From: Bdellovibrionales bacterium
GTDB taxonomy: Bacteria; Bdellovibrionota; Bdellovibrionia; Bdellovibrionales; UBA1609
NCBI GenBank assembly: GCA_027317865.1
Contig: DAHVQG010000008.1
Span: 1-64,000, forward strand
Length of the DNA: 64,000 bases
Reading direction: 5' to 3'
Shown: positions 60,161 through 64,000 of the stretch, piece by piece
Numbering within the stretch: position 1 is the first letter of the stretch
Layout of the letters: each line of letters starts with the position of its first letter
Position numbers and translations under genes: made by a program
The notes under the pieces: model-generated
Database searches by the model: none
What the model was told of the DNA's origin: nothing
Seen by the model: the letters and a program-made list of their open reading frames with translations, nothing else

Positions 60161-60624
60161 TTAAATGTCCAACCGTATGAAAAAAGCGGTAATTCGACCG
60201 AATTAGATTCGAGTTGTGCACGCGACTTGGCCATCGACACATCTCCGTTAAATGGCACGGATTGATACCACAAGTCCCCTGTGCTAGCCGAATTTGTGTC
60301 AAACGTTTCATACGGTCGCGTTGCCGCCTTGTAGCTCGTGTAGATAGTCCCTGAAATGATCCCCACGGCAAATCCAAGCGCGATATTTGAAAGGTGATCT
60401 TGCGGCCGCCCATAAAAGCTCAGCGTGCTAAGCCCCAATATCCCCCCGGCCAATCCAGAAAAAATAATGATGGCAATTTGTTTTCGCGTTCCACTTAAGC
60501 CAGACGCTTGGCCGTCCGCCGAGGCGGACCCGTTTGCATCTTGGGCAAATACAACTTTTGAATGAAAAAGAGTGAGAATAAAAAGGGCGCTTATTGCTAC
60601 TGTTATAAATTTTCGATGCGACAT
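60157..60624 (-). CDS. Hypothetical membrane protein (glycine-zipper-like)
   Basis: Signal peptide; [10 protein letters not shown] and GFAVGIISG helices. Confidence 0.7.
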   Translation of the reverse strand: MSHRKFITVAISALFILTLFHSKVVFAQDANGSASADGQASGLSGTRKQIAIIIFSGLAGGILGLSTLSFYGRPQDHLSNIALGFAVGIISGTIYTSYKAATRPYETFDTNSASTGDLWYQSVPFNGDVSMAKSRAQLESNSVELPLFSYGWTFN

Positions 60625-60911
60625 GGCTCCTCACCGCTTTCTACAATTTGAAAATCATTAACGTTATCTTGCAAGCCGATTTTACGGTTCATCAATTTTT
60701 CAACGCGGCCCCGCTGGGGCCCCCGCCGTAAGTGTTCAACCATTTGATCAAGCGCCATTGATTCGCCCTGTATAAACGCCTCAACCCGCCCGTCAGCCAA
60801 GTTTCTTACCCACCCGGTAAGTTTTAATTTTTCAGCACTCGTTTTGGTAAAAAAGCGAAAGCCTACCCCTTGAACGAGCCCTTCGATGATTATATGTTGC
60901 GCTTCGAGCAT
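60603..60911 (-). CDS. acyP: Acylphosphatase
   Basis: [23 protein letters not shown]. Confidence 0.93.
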   Translation of the reverse strand: MLEAQHIIIEGLVQGVGFRFFTKTSAEKLKLTGWVRNLADGRVEAFIQGESMALDQMVEHLRRGPQRGRVEKLMNRKIGLQDNVNDFQIVESGEEPCRIENL

Positions 60912-60982
60912 GTCTCGATAATAGTTGGCTATACTTTTACCGTCACTTGCTAATTTTAGCGCGTAACCTTCAGGAATTGACT

Positions 60983-62320
60983 GTGTCCTTTATCCCAGCC
61001 GAGCTCATAAAAAAGAAGAAATCAGGTGGTCACCATAGCCGCGAAGAAGTCGCTTGGATCGTTCGCTCATTTACCAATGGGGATTTCAAAGATTATCAAA
61101 TGGCGGCGTGGGCGATGGCTGTGTGGTTTAACGGCATGAATGACGACGAAACGGCCGCTCTTACAGAGGCTATGTTTCGCTCGGGGGATCATTTTGACTT
61201 TTCGCACCTGCCTGCCGCGCGTGTCGACAAGCACAGTACGGGAGGGGTTGGCGACAAAACCTCGCTACTTATTGGGCCAATTCTTGCGGCGGCCGAAGTT
61301 TATACACCCATGATCTCAGGCCGAGGCCTCGGTCACACCGGGGGGACGCTCGATAAATATGAGTCGATTCCGGGCTTTCGCGTTAACTTGAGTCGGAAGG
61401 AATTTGAGTCCTACGTCACAGACCACTATTTTTCAGTTATGGGGCAAACTAAAGATATTTGCCCTGCCGACAAAAAACTCTATGCCCTTCGGGATGTCAC
61501 TTCAACTGTAGATTCCTTGCCGCTGATATGCGCCAGCATTATGTCAAAAAAACTCGCCGAAAGTTTAACGGGTCTTGTTCTTGATGTAAAATACGGCTCC
61601 GGCGCGCTCATGAAAACAATTTCGGAGGCGCGAAAACTCGCCCTACTGCTTAAGAGTACAGGAGAAAAAAACGGCATCCGAGTAACTGCCCTGATTACCA
61701 ATATGAATGAACCCCTGGGTCGGTTTATTGGTAACGCTGTTGAAGTTCAAGAGTGCTACGAAATTTTGCAAGGACGCTCCCACATCGTAAATGGCTATGA
61801 TTTTTACCAACCGACTCGCGACCTTTCGGTGGAGCTTTCGGCGCACGCCATTTTACTTGCAAAAAAGTCATCGGATATTGTGCACGCGCGAAATTTAGCA
61901 ACCGAGCTTCTTGTTTCGGGAGCTGCGTTGCGGTCATTTGAGAAGCTTCTTGAATATCAGGGTCCGGCTGAAATTCAAAAACTGCCAGTTGCGCAATTTA
62001 GCGCCGAAATCAAGGCCCGGCGATCTGGTTTTGTCACAAATATGCAAACGGAACAGATTGGTCTTGCCGGTATAGAACTCGGTTGTGGGCGAAAGTCGGC
62101 CACGGACCAAGTCGACCATTCTGCGGGAATCGAAATGTGCGTCCACCTTGGCGAAAAAATTAAAAGCGGCCAGACCCTGTGCCGATATTTTTCGAATTCG
62201 CAAAATTCACTTGTTTTCGCCGAAGCAATGCTTTCTCAGGCGATAGAAATTGGTGAGACTGGCTGCCCCAGACAATCTCTTGTTGCCGACACACTTGCTG
62301 ATTCGCGCTTAAGCCGCTAG
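60983..62320 (+). CDS. pdp: Pyrimidine-nucleoside/thymidine phosphorylase
   Basis: [44 protein letters not shown]; probable GTG start. Confidence 0.93.
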   Translation: MSFIPAELIKKKKSGGHHSREEVAWIVRSFTNGDFKDYQMAAWAMAVWFNGMNDDETAALTEAMFRSGDHFDFSHLPAARVDKHSTGGVGDKTSLLIGPILAAAEVYTPMISGRGLGHTGGTLDKYESIPGFRVNLSRKEFESYVTDHYFSVMGQTKDICPADKKLYALRDVTSTVDSLPLICASIMSKKLAESLTGLVLDVKYGSGALMKTISEARKLALLLKSTGEKNGIRVTALITNMNEPLGRFIGNAVEVQECYEILQGRSHIVNGYDFYQPTRDLSVELSAHAILLAKKSSDIVHARNLATELLVSGAALRSFEKLLEYQGPAEIQKLPVAQFSAEIKARRSGFVTNMQTEQIGLAGIELGCGRKSATDQVDHSAGIEMCVHLGEKIKSGQTLCRYFSNSQNSLVFAEAMLSQAIEIGETGCPRQSLVADTLADSRLSR

Positions 62321-62324
62321 GCTT

Positions 62325-63149
62325 GTGGCCATGGTGCTTTTGCAACAACTGAAAGAATCAATCGATTATATTCGTAGGAACTCCAAATTGCGGCCGCGAG
62401 TTGGCCTCACTCTTGGTTCCGGGCTGTCCAATTTTATAAAGTCCGTGAGTGTTGAAGCGTCTATTTCTTACGGAGATATCCCCCATTTTGCTCCATCAAC
62501 CGTTGACGGACACCCCGGGAACTTGATTTTGGGACGAGTCGAAGAAACCCCGGTTGTGATTATGCAAGGGCGAATTCATTTTTACGAAGGTCACCCGATG
62601 GAACGCGTGGTTTACCCCACTCGTGTTATGGCTCAACTCGGAATTGAAAAACTCATTTTGACGAACGCCGCCGGCGGCCTTGATCCTCAAATGCACCCGG
62701 GGGATTTCATGCTCATTCGCGATCATATTAATCTCATGGGAACAAATCCGCTGATCGGCCCAAATATCGCAGAACTTGGGCTTCGATTTCCGGACATGTC
62801 CGAGGCTTACGATCGCGAAATGCTTGAGCGCCTTCAGTCCATTCTGTCACGACGTGGCGTTCGCCACACCACCGGTATTTACTGTGGCGTTAGCGGACCC
62901 ACTTACGAAACTCCGGCCGAAGTTCGATTCCTGCAAAACGTGGGTGGACAAGCAGTGGGAATGTCGACTGTCCCCGAGACCATTGCCGCTAAACACATGG
63001 GTCTACGCGTTTGCGGCATCAGCTGCATAACAAATCTTGCAGCCGGACTGTCGAAACAAAAAATCACGCATGAAGAAGTGAAAGAAATTGGCCGACAGGT
63101 TGAACAAAATTTTGCCGAATTTCTCGTGGAATTTATTGCTGACCTTTAA
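62325..63149 (+). CDS. punA: Purine-nucleoside phosphorylase (trimeric type)
   Basis: LGSGL, GRIHFYEG, TNAAGG, DHIN, GPTYETPAE, VGMSTVPE. Confidence 0.95.
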   Translation: MAMVLLQQLKESIDYIRRNSKLRPRVGLTLGSGLSNFIKSVSVEASISYGDIPHFAPSTVDGHPGNLILGRVEETPVVIMQGRIHFYEGHPMERVVYPTRVMAQLGIEKLILTNAAGGLDPQMHPGDFMLIRDHINLMGTNPLIGPNIAELGLRFPDMSEAYDREMLERLQSILSRRGVRHTTGIYCGVSGPTYETPAEVRFLQNVGGQAVGMSTVPETIAAKHMGLRVCGISCITNLAAGLSKQKITHEEVKEIGRQVEQNFAEFLVEFIADL

Positions 63150-63654
63150 TTTCATTTTCTGCGTCAAAGGTTCTTGTGCGGCCTGGTGCACTGTGCTTTT
63201 GATCGATAATTAAACACCGCTCACTAACTTCTCCCATCACCGGTCGAAACTCAGGATCAAAAAGCTCGGGCCAGATCGCGGCTCCAATCATCAATTGATC
63301 AGAAAACGGCATGCTACAAAACCCACATTGAACATAACAAGTTGCGTGCGACGCGAATGCAATTTTTTGCGCGTTTTTGCACGTTAAGTCCGACCGATGC
63401 AATGCCTTAATCAAACAGGGTCGTATGCAGTTCAAAACGCCTTGCCCGGCACGAGTAAAATAGGGCTTCAGCGCCTGAAATTCACGGCAATAGTGCCCGC
63501 CAAAGCGAGTTAGATAATTACTTGCCGAACAATGAAGTTTGCTCGATTGACGGGCGTAAAAGCCGCAATCCGAATTTAATGTTGCAGCAGAAACTACAGA
63601 ACCGGTTAAAACCAGGACACTTGACACAAGTAGTAGCCGATGAATCATCCCCAC
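63133..63654 (-). CDS. Secreted Cys-rich stanniocalcin-like protein
   Basis: Signal peptide; 10 Cys; CGFY...C...YL..FG.HYC..F...C.RPCL...TC...AFASHATCY..CGFC pattern. Confidence 0.6.
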   Translation of the reverse strand: MGMIHRLLLVSSVLVLTGSVVSAATLNSDCGFYARQSSKLHCSASNYLTRFGGHYCREFQALKPYFTRAGQGVLNCIRPCLIKALHRSDLTCKNAQKIAFASHATCYVQCGFCSMPFSDQLMIGAAIWPELFDPEFRPVMGEVSERCLIIDQKHSAPGRTRTFDAENEIKGQQ

Positions 63655-63883
63655 TTTAAATTCCCCCCAAAAACCGTTAGCGGTTTAACTACGCCGGCGC
63701 CATCGAGTCAATGTGCTGAAAAAATTTCTTTCTCGCCAATGGTCCAGATATCCGGGGCCTTAAGAATTTCAAGAGCTTAGACGACTTACAGAAAAATTCT
63801 CTAACCTTGCCCACGAGTTTTTCCGACTACTTGTTGTAGGGCTCCGCATGGATTGCGGCGCTACCGTGAAAAAGGGGACAAGG

Positions 63884-64000
63884 ATGGGTAACCCAGGTCG
63901 CTTAAAACAATTTCAATTTTTATTTTTTTACTCAGACGAGCTTGCGGCTGTTAAGAACCGCTTGCGCGCATTTGCGCTTGTACTTTTGTGTGCGCCCTTA
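63884..64000 (+). CDS. 5' end of a gene running off the window (partial)
   Basis: ATG after AGGGG/AAGG purine tract; frame open to the window end and ends in hydrophobic residues. Confidence 0.4.
   Translation, partial: MGNPGRLKQFQFLFFYSDELAAVKNRLRAFALVLLCAPL

Overview
Gene-dense bacterial core-chromosome segment. Gene content and order suggest a Bdellovibrionota (Bdellovibrio-like) genome; this is inference. It holds translation clusters (rpsB-tsf-pyrH-frr-uppS-cdsA-rseP-tsaB and rng-rplU-rpmA-obgE-nadD/rsfS-rlmH), cell-wall genes (PBP1A, mltG, nagZ, amgK/murU-like), uvrA, priA, a partial arginine succinyltransferase operon, nucleoside salvage (pdp, punA, hpt), pilT, an orphan TadG-like gene and many lineage-specific secreted proteins. 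I saw no rRNA, tRNA, CRISPR array, prophage or transposase. The best candidate for an undescribed system is at 1.0-5.7 kb: a sigma28-type promoter precedes a PocR-domain sigma54 activator, which is followed by a sigma54-type promoter, a catalytically dead AAA+ look-alike of that activator, and the amgK-murU-like peptidoglycan-recycling genes. Other notable items are two small ORFs not called correctly in the track (42 aa basic, 26 aa membrane), an M20 pseudo-peptidase in the ast operon, a stanniocalcin-like secreted protein, and Glu-poor exported proteins that hint at an acidophile. All calls come from motif recognition by eye; no searches were run.
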